DNA of 64,000 nt from Methanobacteriota archaeon. GTDB taxonomy: Archaea; Methanobacteriota; Methanobacteria; Methanobacteriales; Methanobacteriaceae. A program made the position numbers and the translations under genes. The notes below the pieces were generated by a model. It ran no database searches, had not been told where the DNA came from, and worked only from the letters and a program-made list of their open reading frames with translations. The DNA is taken from positions 224,001-288,000 of the forward strand of contig CAWBCJ010000025.1 in NCBI GenBank assembly GCA_963787255.1, read 5' to 3'. Each line of letters opens with the position of its first letter. Positions within the stretch are counted from its first letter, which is position 1. This document shows, piece by piece, positions 22,075 through 33,064 of this stretch.

Positions 22075-23277
22075 ATGAAGTATGTAGTAGTAATAGGCGA
22101 CGGGATGGCAGATTATCCCCTGAAAGAATTGAACAATAAAACACCTCTTCAAGCATCAGTAATTCCAAATATGGATTATATAGCATCTAATGGTGTAAGT
22201 GGATTTTTAAAAACCGTTCCTGATAATATGGATCCCGGATCGGATGTTGCAAATCTCTCTATTATGGGTTATGATCCTAAAGATTATTATACTGGAAGAG
22301 GACCTCTGGAAGCTGCCAGTATAGGTGCTGATCTTAAATCCGGTGAAGTAGCATTTAGATGTAATTTAATTACTGAAAAAAATGGTAAATTAGCTGATTT
22401 TAACGCAAATCATATTTCTACAGATGAATCAGAAAAGCTTATCAATGCCTTAAATGAAGAATTCGGCGAAATTGGAAAGTTTTATCTGGGTGTGAGCTAC
22501 AGGAATTTATTTGTATTTAATGATGAAGATTCAGCATCGCTTAAATCACTTCCACCTCACGATATCATAGGCGAAAGCACTGAAGAAAGCTTATTAAAGC
22601 CATATGATGATAAAAATGCCATATTATTAAATAAAATCATGAAAGAATCAAGAGAATTATTAGAAAACCATCCAGTAAATAAAGAAAGGACAAAACAGGG
22701 TAAAAACCCTGCAAACATGATCTGGTTATGGGGACAGGGTGTTAAACCAAAAATGCCTTTATTTACTGATAAATATGGATTAAAAGGTGCTACAATTACT
22801 GGTGTTGATTTAATTAAAGGTATTGGGATTTATCTGGGCCTAACTAATATTGACGTTCCAGGAGCAACAGGTTTTTTTGACACAGACTACAATAAAAAAG
22901 CGGAATATGCGATAAATGCTCTTGATGCTCATGACCTTGTATTTGTCCATGTTGAAGCTCCAGACGAAGCTGGACATGCAGGAGACATTGAAGAAAAGAT
23001 TAAAGCAATCGAAAACATTGATTACAAGATTATAGGAAAACTTCTTGATGAACTTCCTAATTTTGACGATTATACTATTTCAATTCTTCCAGACCATGCA
23101 ACTCCAATATATGTCAAAACACATACTATGGAACCTGTTCCTTATTCAATATGCTCTACAAATGGTATTAAGGATGATGCTAGCCAGTATAATGAAATTT
23201 CAGCTAAAAGAGGTTCTATGGGAACTATTGAAGGCCACAAATTTATGAATAATTTTTTGAGATTTTCAAAAATTTAA
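22075..23277 (+). CDS. apgM: Cofactor-independent phosphoglycerate mutase family (ApgM / proposed homoserine kinase subfamily)
   Basis: [39 protein letters not shown] and PDHATP. Confidence 0.85.
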   Translation: MKYVVVIGDGMADYPLKELNNKTPLQASVIPNMDYIASNGVSGFLKTVPDNMDPGSDVANLSIMGYDPKDYYTGRGPLEAASIGADLKSGEVAFRCNLITEKNGKLADFNANHISTDESEKLINALNEEFGEIGKFYLGVSYRNLFVFNDEDSASLKSLPPHDIIGESTEESLLKPYDDKNAILLNKIMKESRELLENHPVNKERTKQGKNPANMIWLWGQGVKPKMPLFTDKYGLKGATITGVDLIKGIGIYLGLTNIDVPGATGFFDTDYNKKAEYAINALDAHDLVFVHVEAPDEAGHAGDIEEKIKAIENIDYKIIGKLLDELPNFDDYTISILPDHATPIYVKTHTMEPVPYSICSTNGIKDDASQYNEISAKRGSMGTIEGHKFMNNFLRFSKI

Positions 23278-23317
23278 AAAAAAATAGGATTTAGTAATTT
23301 TTTTTTATCCATAAGAT

Positions 23318-23325
23318 TTTATATA
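23318..23325 (+). promoter_or_regulatory. Putative TATA box of pyrG
   Basis: TTTATATA about 90 nt upstream of the pyrG RBS. Confidence 0.35.
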
Positions 23326-23412
23326 ATACAGTATAAATCGAAGTATTGTTTTATAGTTTTTATAATTGATTTGAGTGAGAATTTTAATGATAATAATGAT
23401 TTTATGTAGGAG

Positions 23413-25020
23413 ATGATTCATCTGTCAAAATATATTGTAGTAACAGGGGGAGTTGTAAGCTCAATAGGTAAAGGAATAACTGCAGCATCAATAGGAAGAA
23501 TATTAAGATCATACGGGATTGATGTAACTGCAATAAAGATAGATCCATACTTAAACTGGGATTCAGGAACACTTAACCCCTATCAACATGGGGAAGTGTT
23601 TGTAACTGATGATGGTATGGAAACAGACCTGGATTTGGGCCATTATGAGCGGTTTTTAGACACAGAACTTTCTGGTGATTCCAACATAACCACAGGTAAA
23701 GTTTATTCCTCTGTTATTGAAAAAGAGCGAAAAGGAGATTATCTAGGCTCCTGTGTGCAGATAATTCCACACATCACCGATGAAATTAAATCAATGATCA
23801 GGAAAATAGCTAATAAAAGCGAAGCAGAAGTTGTTCTAGTTGAGGTAGGAGGAACAGTAGGGGACATAGAAAGTCAGCCGTTTTTAGAAGCATTAAGGCA
23901 ACTTCGTAATGAAGAAGGTCATGATAATGCAATGTTTGTTCATGTTACATATGTACCTTATTTAAGAGCTGCCGGAGAATTCAAGACCAAACCAACCCAG
24001 CACAGCACAAAAGAACTTAGAAGTACAGGTATTAATCCGGATATGATTATCTGCCGATCTGAATTACCTATTGACCCACATTTAAAACAGAAAATTGCTC
24101 ATTTCTGTGATGTTGAACGTAATGCAGTAATAAATTGTCCAGATGTTGCTTCAATCTATGAAGTTCCACTAATGCTTAATAAAGAAAATGTTGGGGAATA
24201 CGTACTTAAACGTATAAAAATGGATGGTGGAAAACCTGATCTTAACCGTTGGAGTGAAATTGTCGAATCTCTTAAAATTGAAGAACCACAGGTAAGTATT
24301 GGAATTATTGGAAAGTACATTGAGCTTGAAGATGCTTATATAAGTATAAGGGAATCATTAAAACATGCAGCAGCTGAAGTAGGCGTTAAAGTACATATTG
24401 AATGGATCAGTGCAGAAGATTCTATAGATATAGAAAAACTTGAAGGACTCAATGCATTGCTAATACCTGGCGGATTTGGTGAAAGGGGTATTACCGGAAA
24501 ATTAGATGCGGTAAGATATTCAATTGAACATGAAGTTCCTCTATTTGGAATATGCCTTGGAATGCAGTGCATGGTAATTGAATTTGCAAGAATGCACGGG
24601 CTTGAAGATGCAAATAGTACAGAATTTAACCCTGATACAAAAAATCCAGTTATTGACATTATGCCCGAACAAATAAAAGTTAAATACATGGGTGGAACAA
24701 TGAGACTCGGTTCTTATCCTTGTAGTATTAAAGATGGAACATTAGCACACATAGCATATCAAAAGAAATCTGTAAATGAACGCCACAGACATAGGTTTGA
24801 ATTCAATAACGAATATCGTGAAATTTTACAAGAAAAGGGTTTAACAATTTCAGGTATTTCTCCTAATTATTTACTTGTTGAAATGATAGAACTTGAAGAC
24901 CATCCCTGGTTTTTAGGATGTCAGTTCCATCCTGAATTTAAATCAAGACCAAACAACGCACATCCAATATTTGTATCCTTTATGAAGGCTGCATTTGAAA
25001 ACAAGAAAAAGAATAATTAA
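23413..25020 (+). CDS. pyrG: CTP synthase
   Basis: KYIVVTGGVVSSIGKG, KIDPYLN, KTKPTQHS, GICLGMQ and QFHPEF. The start may be CTG 23422. Confidence 0.97.
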   Translation: MIHLSKYIVVTGGVVSSIGKGITAASIGRILRSYGIDVTAIKIDPYLNWDSGTLNPYQHGEVFVTDDGMETDLDLGHYERFLDTELSGDSNITTGKVYSSVIEKERKGDYLGSCVQIIPHITDEIKSMIRKIANKSEAEVVLVEVGGTVGDIESQPFLEALRQLRNEEGHDNAMFVHVTYVPYLRAAGEFKTKPTQHSTKELRSTGINPDMIICRSELPIDPHLKQKIAHFCDVERNAVINCPDVASIYEVPLMLNKENVGEYVLKRIKMDGGKPDLNRWSEIVESLKIEEPQVSIGIIGKYIELEDAYISIRESLKHAAAEVGVKVHIEWISAEDSIDIEKLEGLNALLIPGGFGERGITGKLDAVRYSIEHEVPLFGICLGMQCMVIEFARMHGLEDANSTEFNPDTKNPVIDIMPEQIKVKYMGGTMRLGSYPCSIKDGTLAHIAYQKKSVNERHRHRFEFNNEYREILQEKGLTISGISPNYLLVEMIELEDHPWFLGCQFHPEFKSRPNNAHPIFVSFMKAAFENKKKNN

Positions 25021-25060
25021 GAAAATTATTCAAATCATTCCTAAAAATTAAAGTGATTTA

Positions 25061-26227
25061 ATGATAACAGAAATACCACTTTTATGCACAATCATAGCAA
25101 TTATAGCATGTCTTTATGCCAGTTACACAGATTTAAAATCAGGAATTATCCCAAACAAATTAACATTTCCTTTAATAGGTATTGGAATAGTTCTTAACGG
25201 ACTTTATGCCTTCACAGCTGGTAATATCTGGTTAATAGTTTACACATTAATTTTTACTGCAGGAATTTTTGTTCTGGGATATATACTCTGGAAATTTGGG
25301 GCATGGGCTGGTGGTGACGTTAAATTATTCACGGCTTTAGCGGCATTACTTCCTTTTTACCCACTAATTCTAAATTATAGTATTTTAGGTGTTGAATTTC
25401 CATTAATAGCATCTTATCCTTTTCCATTTACTTTAATTGTAAACAGCATACTAGCAATACTTCCATTCTTATTGATATTCATATTTTACATTGCACTACG
25501 AAAAAAACCATATTTAATGGATGAATTAGTTTCTCCAGTGAAAAAATACAGAAAAAATATCGTTTTAACTCTTGTAATAACTTCAGCAGTAACTTTGACT
25601 GTTGTAATTACTCCTTATTTACCTTTTCAGATGATTTTGATCTCTTTGATTTTAATTTATTTACTTACCTTTGTAATCTCTAAATTTCCAAATAAAGTTA
25701 AGGCAATTTTTGTATCTATCTTAATAGTTTTCGCACTTTATAGTAATTTAACATTAACAATAAGTAGTGTAATTGTTCTATTTATTACCATAACAGTTTT
25801 AGAAGTTATAAAAAAGCTTCTAACGTCTGTTAATAAGAAAGCATTACAAGATGATTATAAAATTGAAAATTTAAATGAAGGTATGATTCCAGCTTACAAC
25901 ATTTATGAAAAGAATGATGAAGTATACATTGATAACAAGGGTCTTTTTGATAAAATTAAAAATTCTTTAAAGAAAGGAGATATTACAGATCTTTCCGAAA
26001 CTAAAGGTAAGCTTTTAATAAGTACAATGGCTGCAGGACTATCTAAAGAAGATATTGAACTCATAAATAAATTATATAATGAAAATAAAATTTCAGACAA
26101 GTTTAGAGTTAAAAAAGGAGTACCTTTCGCACCTTCTATTCTTATCGGTCTTTTAATTTCTTTATTTGTGGGAGATTTGGCAATTATACTCCAGAAAGTA
26201 CTTTATTTTTTATTTTACATGACTTAA
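25061..26227 (+). CDS. eppA: A24-family prepilin peptidase, EppA type (extra TM segments)
   Basis: YTDLK...IPN, GGDVKL and VPFAP aspartyl-peptidase motifs. Longer than FlaK/PibD, with additional TM helices. Adjacent to Q+1/E+5 pilins. Confidence 0.85.
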   Translation: MITEIPLLCTIIAIIACLYASYTDLKSGIIPNKLTFPLIGIGIVLNGLYAFTAGNIWLIVYTLIFTAGIFVLGYILWKFGAWAGGDVKLFTALAALLPFYPLILNYSILGVEFPLIASYPFPFTLIVNSILAILPFLLIFIFYIALRKKPYLMDELVSPVKKYRKNIVLTLVITSAVTLTVVITPYLPFQMILISLILIYLLTFVISKFPNKVKAIFVSILIVFALYSNLTLTISSVIVLFITITVLEVIKKLLTSVNKKALQDDYKIENLNEGMIPAYNIYEKNDEVYIDNKGLFDKIKNSLKKGDITDLSETKGKLLISTMAAGLSKEDIELINKLYNENKISDKFRVKKGVPFAPSILIGLLISLFVGDLAIILQKVLYFLFYMT

Positions 26228-26352
26228 ATTAATTCATTTTTTATTTCATTTAAATTTCTTATAAGATGGTTAAATTAATCAATTTAACTTGATTACTAAT
26301 GAATGAATGATATACCCAAAATTTATATAGTTATAAACATAATTTTTAGATA

Positions 26353-26790
26353 GTGAAGAAAATGGATGATATAGGACAGATTTCGGTTGAATATTTGCTG
26401 TTGATTGTGGTGATTTTAACTATTTTAACTGCAGTAACTATTCCATTAATGGGACAATCCATCGATGCAAGTAATGATGTTTCGTGGACTTCAGATGCAA
26501 AAGTGGCAGTTGAAAGCGTTGCAAATGCAGTAAATATTGTTTATGCAAATGGCCCTGGCTCTAAAAGAACATTTGATGTTTACATTCCTCAAAATAGCAT
26601 GAGTCTTCAAACTAGCGGTAATGAAATTTTTATTGTTACAAATCTTAGTGACGGCACATCTAAAAATGTTTCTGCTGCAACTGGATATAATTTAAACACA
26701 ACTTCAATTAATCTTAACAAAAGCTGGCATAAAATCCAGGTTTACTGGACAATAGGAACTAATGCCATTAGTATTACAGCATTGAACTAA
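26353..26790 (+). CDS. Type IV pilin-like protein with class III signal peptide (DUF361-like)
   Basis: KKMDDIG|QISVEYLLLIVVIL (Q+1, E+5, hydrophobic helix) and VYANGPGSK. TATA at about 26322-26329. Confidence 0.85.
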   Translation: MKKMDDIGQISVEYLLLIVVILTILTAVTIPLMGQSIDASNDVSWTSDAKVAVESVANAVNIVYANGPGSKRTFDVYIPQNSMSLQTSGNEIFIVTNLSDGTSKNVSAATGYNLNTTSINLNKSWHKIQVYWTIGTNAISITALN

Positions 26791-26806
26791 ATACAGGGGA
26801 TTTTCA

Positions 26807-27700
26807 ATGAAACTTTTTGCAATATTTGGTGATTTAATAATAAGAATGTTTGATTTTGTTGGAATGTTAATTTTGGAGATACCAAACATTCCTAACAGAT
26901 TAAGGGGTATTAATACTGATAATATCAAAGATAAAGTTGATACTGACATTATTAAAGAAAATATTGCCAAAATAAAAAATGATAACAGGATTCAGGAAAG
27001 TATTTCTAAGATTTCAAGAACCGAAACAACTGAAACTCACCGCAGCGAAAAAATTGATGAAAACAATGCAGTCATTGATAAAGAAATCCAAAATGAACAG
27101 TTATCGGAAAAATTCACACCAGAAAAGAAGGAACAAACTGTTTTTATTCTTCAAATCATGTCTGGAGTATTTTTAGTAATTTCAATGCTTTTTATATTTA
27201 ATTTCTTATCTTTAACTCTATACGCAATTTTTGGAGTCGCTACAGTAGCATATATACTTTATGTCCTGTTTTCAAAGATTAAATTAATGTTTAAGGCTGA
27301 TTTTAATGCCTATCGAGATTTCTTTTTGATGTATATTGCGGTAGGTATAATACTTGTTTTGGTTGGTACCAATCCCAATTTCATGATGTCATTTTCATTT
27401 GAATTTTTACCTTCACTTTCAGTTTTGATATTTGCGGTAATAGCTGTTATTGCAGTATTTTTAATTTTTAGAATTAAATATCACCGAAATTTTACCTATG
27501 GTACGGTAATTGAAACAGGTAAAAAAACAGCTCATGTTAAGGTTAATTACGATATTTGCTCAAATATAAAGCCTGATATTTACATTGTAGATAATAGCTA
27601 CGGTGCAAGCGATGGGAATAAGGTAAAGCTTCAAATAGAAGAAAAGTTTCTGAGTATGAATGGGAACAAACCAAGTAGTATAATAGATATTTTGAGTTAG
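26807..27700 (+). CDS. DUF2101-like membrane protein of the euryarchaeal pilus locus
   Basis: Four TM helices followed by RNFTYGTVIE...YDICSNIKPDIYIV. Located within the pilin cluster. Confidence 0.7.
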   Translation: MKLFAIFGDLIIRMFDFVGMLILEIPNIPNRLRGINTDNIKDKVDTDIIKENIAKIKNDNRIQESISKISRTETTETHRSEKIDENNAVIDKEIQNEQLSEKFTPEKKEQTVFILQIMSGVFLVISMLFIFNFLSLTLYAIFGVATVAYILYVLFSKIKLMFKADFNAYRDFFLMYIAVGIILVLVGTNPNFMMSFSFEFLPSLSVLIFAVIAVIAVFLIFRIKYHRNFTYGTVIETGKKTAHVKVNYDICSNIKPDIYIVDNSYGASDGNKVKLQIEEKFLSMNGNKPSSIIDILS

Positions 27701-27748
27701 AAAAATATTGTTATTTTAGCTAGATTTTATTTTTTTATTGGAAAGTTT

Positions 27749-28156
27749 TTAAACAATTACAACACTGTATCTGTGGCTGCTTGTTACCACAACATCGTCG
27801 AAGAGATTAGTTGTATTTTGTACATCAATTGTGTATCCTTGAGCTGCAATCGATTGTATAGTTGAATTGAATATTGTACTATTTGCATTGTTAGAAATTG
27901 GTCCGGATACATTTATTAAAAGAGTTAAATTTTGACCGCTTCCATTCATTTTCACATCATTAACTCTTAAAGGCTCCATATTCCTATTTAAAAGAGCTAG
28001 ATTAGTTGCTGCTTCCATAGCTCCGTTCCTTGCAGCTGCGGTTACAGTATTTAATTCGTTCTGTTCACCAATATATGAGCCTACTAAAAGAACTATTACT
28101 AACATAAAAGCAACTACAAGCACGAATTCTATTGAAAGTTGTCCTCTTTGATCCAT
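27749..28156 (-). CDS. Type IV pilin-like protein with class III signal peptide
   Basis: MDQRG|QLSIEFVLVVAFML (Q+1, E+5) and AAARNGA. Confidence 0.85.
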   Translation of the reverse strand: MDQRGQLSIEFVLVVAFMLVIVLLVGSYIGEQNELNTVTAAARNGAMEAATNLALLNRNMEPLRVNDVKMNGSGQNLTLLINVSGPISNNANSTIFNSTIQSIAAQGYTIDVQNTTNLFDDVVVTSSHRYSVVIV

Positions 28157-28405
28157 TTTAATCAATATACTTTCTTTTTGTACAAGGTTATATTATTTAC
28201 TATTACTTAGTTTAATAGATAATATTTTTTAATATATTTATGAATTAATTAAGATCAGCATTTATTTTAAATTAATAATACTTTTTTCAAGTAGGATAAG
28301 ACTTTACAAACATATATAAGTATTATAAGGCAATAACTAACTATCAATAGTGTTAGAGTACTAGTTAATGATTAATGCGCATATTCATGAGTTTGGGGGA
28401 TAAAA

Positions 28406-29314
28406 TTGGGATTATTAAGAAAAGATTCAGGCGGTCAAATTTTTTCTTTGGATTCTTTACTTGCACTTATTCCCATTGCCCTAATAATAGGCATGGCTGC
28501 AGCAGACATGGATAATATGCTTTATTTAACACAAAGTGCTGTTTTTCAAAGTTCAACAGAAAGAGCAGCATCAGATACTGTACATGCACTTCTTGAAACA
28601 TCAGGAAGTCCAATAGATTGGGAAATGACAGGAAATCCAAGAATTGCTGGACTTGCAGAGTATGATCAAATCAAAAGCGTACCTGTAGAAGGCACGGTAG
28701 ACGCAATTAAGCTGGGACAGCTTAATCAATCCCATATACAGAATATGATAGGAAATGATTATGGTTATTTCATTAATGTTACAAGAGTAGGAGATAGTTA
28801 CTCTGTTAAGACTTTGGGAACTTATAACAGCACTGCTAATAATATAGTAAGAATAGAACGTTTTGTACTTTATGGATACTTAAAAGTAGTTTCATCTGCA
28901 AAGGATTTTATTAGATATACTCCAGGACATCCAAGGGTTTATACTAACCCGCCTAATCCTTTTCCAACTAATTATATTTATTTAAATTCATTTGACTACT
29001 GGGTTTTAGTAGATAATAAAGGTTATGATTCAGCTACAGTTGAGATTAATAATAACGGGTAGTGGAGCCGAAGATTTTAATCGCTCAATCAACAAGATTA
29101 TGTTAATATAGCAGGACAGTTGACTCCAACTTTTCTTTATAATGAAACTTATTTCATGAACAATACCGTTACTGTAAGGGGCACAAGTAATCCATGGAGT
29201 TCATTAGATGTTTATATAGTGCAGGTTCCTAAAGGAACACCGCAAAGTGAAATTAATTTGGATAATATCGAACCAAAAAGATATAGGTTCCAGTTTTATT
29301 TATGGGTTAAGTGA
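28406..29314 (+). CDS. Minor pilin-like protein, interrupted at 29060-29084
   Basis: KDSGG|QIFSLDSLLALI signal and LLETSGSPIDWE. ORFs 28406-29062 and 29120-29314 are in the same frame, separated by TAG 29060 and TAA 29078. Three 1-nt deletions would restore one gene ending RFQFYLWVK. Confidence 0.7.
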
Positions 29315-29320
29315 TAAAAA

Positions 29321-31474
29321 ATGGATGATAAAGGTTTTATATTTACAACAGATGCTACATTAGCATTAGTTATTTTCATGGTTTTTACAACTTCTTTTAT
29401 TACTTATCAGATTCTCCCTAATTACATGGGCGAAGATCACCAACATCTAGAAGGTTTAGCCGACAGTGCACTAGCTGTAATGGAACAAGACGGAACCCTT
29501 AATAGTGCTGCAATTTATTACGCGGGTAACAATCCTTCAGGTGGAAGTCAAATTTTAAATTCATCTTTAAACACATTAATACCATCAGATGTAGGATATA
29601 AAATAACTCTTGGTTCATATCCTTCTGTTGTTAATAATAGAAATTTGCTGTATTCTAATGACGTTGTTACAAGAGTTAAAGTAATATCCGGACCTCAAGA
29701 AGGTTGGGTTGGCCGTGCATGGTACAAGTTGGAGGAAGTAGAATTTGAAAACCAGACCCAAAATGTTACCACTACTTTATGGAATTTCCACAACTGGTTA
29801 AGTAATTTTTCTCCATGGAGAGATGGTAATGGTCGTGCAAGGTTAGCTTCATATCCGTACTGGGGATCAGCTTCTGGTGCTCCAAATACTCCTATAAATA
29901 TACAATTTTCAATTCCTAACGGTGCAATAATCCAGGGAGGCCTTTTCCTTGCAGGATCATGTAATCAAAATCGTTCAACTACAGGAACAGGACCTGCATA
30001 TGGGGTAAACTTTACACTTAATGGTTATACTTATCCTGTTAACGCAAACCAGTTTACATTTTTATATAAAAGACCCCCAACCACGGGTAATGATAGACTT
30101 AATTTCCCTATGTATAATTATCAGGGAGTAATTGCTTCTAATAGGTTAGCTAATGGTGTAAATAGTTATAATGTCAAATTTACAAGTCCAGTATACAATT
30201 ATATTGATAACGATAGACGAGGGCATGACATGCCTTGGTTTTCGGTAATAGGTAATTATACGACTAATATAGAAGTGCCAAAGGGATTAAACACAACAAG
30301 AATTCCTTTTACTAATAACGCAGGACTAGCAGTTGAAACTGCACAAGATTTAAATGGGGATGGCACTAGAAACGAATATGGGAGAGTATATGACATAAAT
30401 ACTGGATCAGTTACTTCTTTCACTAATTTAAGAACCGTTACCTGGAATAATCTCTTAAATAGAAATCATGGATTTGATAATGGTGTTCCATTTGTTATAA
30501 CTGGTTTACCTGGTAATGATTTGGATAAAGCAACTGCAGTTAGTATTGTTCAAGATGTTTATATTCCTCCTAATACTAGACTATTCGATGCATTTACAGT
30601 TGTTAATGCATATGGTGGTGTTGATAATGCATTAGTTGAAGTATGGGATGGTACTCGTTGGAACACAGCATTCTGCTCTTTTAATGTAGGTTCAACTCAA
30701 TACAGTGCTAGAAGTGATGGATATGGTAATATTCCTGGAATAATATACATTGGTCCAAATAGTACAGCACCACTACAAACAGGAAATAATAAGGTAAGAA
30801 TAACTGTTTGGGATCAGGTTCCAGGTAATGACTATGACCTTACTGGTCTAGTTAGTTGTTATACTCAAATTACTTCTACTAAATTACCTATAAAATGGGA
30901 GAATTTTCCTTATCAAAGTTATCAAAGCAATAATAATCAACGTACGCAAACAAGGTCTTTTACAGTCGGTGCTGATGCTCAAAAAGTATTATTCTTTGCA
31001 GGAGTTGGAACAGATTCCAGAAATATAAAAATCGAATATCCAAGCGGCGCAGTTTTATATAATAGTGCTACTATCCCTTACTCTTTAGATCTTTCTAATT
31101 TAGATGCTGCAGGACCGCATGTTTTCACTAATGGTACTCCTGGAAATTATACATTAAAACCAGGAACCTATAATCTTAAGGTTACAGTAACTGGTCCTAC
31201 AAATAATTGGGAATCAGGAGATAATGATGCAAATGCTGAAATATTTTCTGGATCACGTATAGCAGTACTTTATCCTAAATTTTTAGAGAATGTATGGACA
31301 ACAGCATACGCTGATAATGCACTTGATGCTGAAGATGCTGCTTATGCAGAACTTATTACCTTATTAAATGCTGCAGGAATAACTCCAGACCAGTCATTAA
31401 TAAGGAAAGAAGCTATGTATGCTGGTGATTTACCAAATGCTATACCTGTTAGATTAGAATTATGGAGAAAATAA
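29321..31474 (+). CDS. Large pilin-like adhesin with class III signal peptide
   Basis: MDDKG|FIFTTDATLAL signal, followed by about 550 aa rich in N/T/G/Y (beta-type), a DLNGDG motif and C-terminal VRLELWRK. Confidence 0.8.
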   Translation: MDDKGFIFTTDATLALVIFMVFTTSFITYQILPNYMGEDHQHLEGLADSALAVMEQDGTLNSAAIYYAGNNPSGGSQILNSSLNTLIPSDVGYKITLGSYPSVVNNRNLLYSNDVVTRVKVISGPQEGWVGRAWYKLEEVEFENQTQNVTTTLWNFHNWLSNFSPWRDGNGRARLASYPYWGSASGAPNTPINIQFSIPNGAIIQGGLFLAGSCNQNRSTTGTGPAYGVNFTLNGYTYPVNANQFTFLYKRPPTTGNDRLNFPMYNYQGVIASNRLANGVNSYNVKFTSPVYNYIDNDRRGHDMPWFSVIGNYTTNIEVPKGLNTTRIPFTNNAGLAVETAQDLNGDGTRNEYGRVYDINTGSVTSFTNLRTVTWNNLLNRNHGFDNGVPFVITGLPGNDLDKATAVSIVQDVYIPPNTRLFDAFTVVNAYGGVDNALVEVWDGTRWNTAFCSFNVGSTQYSARSDGYGNIPGIIYIGPNSTAPLQTGNNKVRITVWDQVPGNDYDLTGLVSCYTQITSTKLPIKWENFPYQSYQSNNNQRTQTRSFTVGADAQKVLFFAGVGTDSRNIKIEYPSGAVLYNSATIPYSLDLSNLDAAGPHVFTNGTPGNYTLKPGTYNLKVTVTGPTNNWESGDNDANAEIFSGSRIAVLYPKFLENVWTTAYADNALDAEDAAYAELITLLNAAGITPDQSLIRKEAMYAGDLPNAIPVRLELWRK

Positions 31475-31509
31475 AGAAAATAGAATTAGAATTTAAGAAG
31501 GCGTTAATA

Positions 31510-32577
31510 ATGGATGAAAAAGGTTATACATTTACTCCATTGGTATTTTTACTTTTCATACCCGTAATGATCATTGCTGTTTCCTACGGGGAAATTGTTG
31601 AAGAGATAAATATGATTTCTACAATTGCACTGGGTGGAGACGTATCATATGACGCTGCTGTAAATATTTATTCTTCAATTGAAAAGGGAGCTGCTGATGC
31701 AGGTAGAAATGGGGCTTATAATGCAACAAGAAAAGTTATAGATGATGAAAAATTTATGAATAATAGCCAGGACTATGTAAAAACGCATATATTAGTCAAC
31801 CTCAATGCACACGTTATTGAAACATGTAAAAATATAGAAAATCAAACTGGAAGGGAAATATACATAAATAATATTCCAATTACTAATTATACCCGAACAA
31901 CTTTCACTGCTAATGACGTAAATATCACTCAGGAGGATCCTTTTGGATTTTATATAAATATCAAAGCAGGAATACCAATAAAGATTATTCAAAGAGATCA
32001 GGTATATGAAGGTACAACTCCAAGAATTAGGTCTTATGTATCACTTGAAGGAATGGAAGACCCTTATATCTGGTTGAATTCCAAAAATAGGAAAAGTAAT
32101 GTTATTTATAAATATCCTCATCAAACGTATACTCCTGTTTTTGGTCTTGAATACCATTTTGTAGATATGGTTGAGGCCACTAAATTGCATTATTTATGGG
32201 AATGTATGAACGGTACTGATAATCCAACTGGCATTTTTCCAAGACCCTATTATTTCCAGGATACGCACGGTTTATCTTTCTTTGACAGGCTAGAAAATAA
32301 AACCAATAACACTGTTACAAGTCCTATAAATACTAGAATAAGTACATTTGTTTTAGGAGATCCATTGTGGGAAGAACATGGTAGAAAAGATGTTTCAAGG
32401 ATTGATCATGAATATTTTTCAAATATTCAAGGTACTATACTTCAAACAAAACATGGAAGTACATATAATGATATAAGGGAACCTGATGATGCTGGAACTC
32501 CAAATGGTGAGTTATTTTATCTTTCCTCTAATTATAAAACATATCTTGGCTTGACTGGAAGTCCTTACTCTTATTAG
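31510..32577 (+). CDS. Minor pilin-like protein with class III signal peptide
   Basis: MDEKG|YTFTPLVFLLFIP. VSLEGMEDPY and GLSFFDRLE motifs. Confidence 0.78.
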   Translation: MDEKGYTFTPLVFLLFIPVMIIAVSYGEIVEEINMISTIALGGDVSYDAAVNIYSSIEKGAADAGRNGAYNATRKVIDDEKFMNNSQDYVKTHILVNLNAHVIETCKNIENQTGREIYINNIPITNYTRTTFTANDVNITQEDPFGFYINIKAGIPIKIIQRDQVYEGTTPRIRSYVSLEGMEDPYIWLNSKNRKSNVIYKYPHQTYTPVFGLEYHFVDMVEATKLHYLWECMNGTDNPTGIFPRPYYFQDTHGLSFFDRLENKTNNTVTSPINTRISTFVLGDPLWEEHGRKDVSRIDHEYFSNIQGTILQTKHGSTYNDIREPDDAGTPNGELFYLSSNYKTYLGLTGSPYSY

Positions 32578-32991
32578 GTGATAAAAATTTTCTACGATGA
32601 AAAAGGAATTGCAAGTGCAGAACTGATATTTGTAACTTTAATATTCATTATAGTTGCAGGTAGTTTTATTAGCCTTGTAAGTAGTGGTATGAACAAAACT
32701 GAAACAGGAGACCTTGGAAAGGTTAGGATAGTTGGCGAAAAAATAGCCACCACTATTAACACTGTTTATAAAAATGGTGCGGGTTATTCTATAAATTTAG
32801 ATCTTCGAGATGATGTTATTTATACAGCTGTGGTAAATAGTACGGGATATGTGACCATGGAGTATAATGGTCAAAGTATTCCAATAAAGTTAGTAGCTAA
32901 GGATTATATTGAAAATATTACTATGAATGCTGGAGATCGATATAAAGTTTATAATGATAATGGAACAATACGATTTACATCAATATATTAG
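32578..32991 (+). CDS. Type IV pilin-like protein
   Basis: YDEKG|IASAELIFVTLIF (E+5) and INTVYKNGAGYS. Start GTG 32578 or ATT 32587. Confidence 0.8.
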   Translation: MIKIFYDEKGIASAELIFVTLIFIIVAGSFISLVSSGMNKTETGDLGKVRIVGEKIATTINTVYKNGAGYSINLDLRDDVIYTAVVNSTGYVTMEYNGQSIPIKLVAKDYIENITMNAGDRYKVYNDNGTIRFTSIY

Positions 32992-33064
32992 CAATATTAT
33001 TTAAATGATAAAAATTATCTCTTATTTATATCAGCGATGAAACTAGTAATGGAGTTTATATTTT

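Noticed and set aside
29060-29080. In-frame TAG in the pilin gene as possible pyrrolysine or readthrough
   Set aside because: A TAA follows in the same frame 18 nt later, and the intervening peptide fits better through frameshifts.
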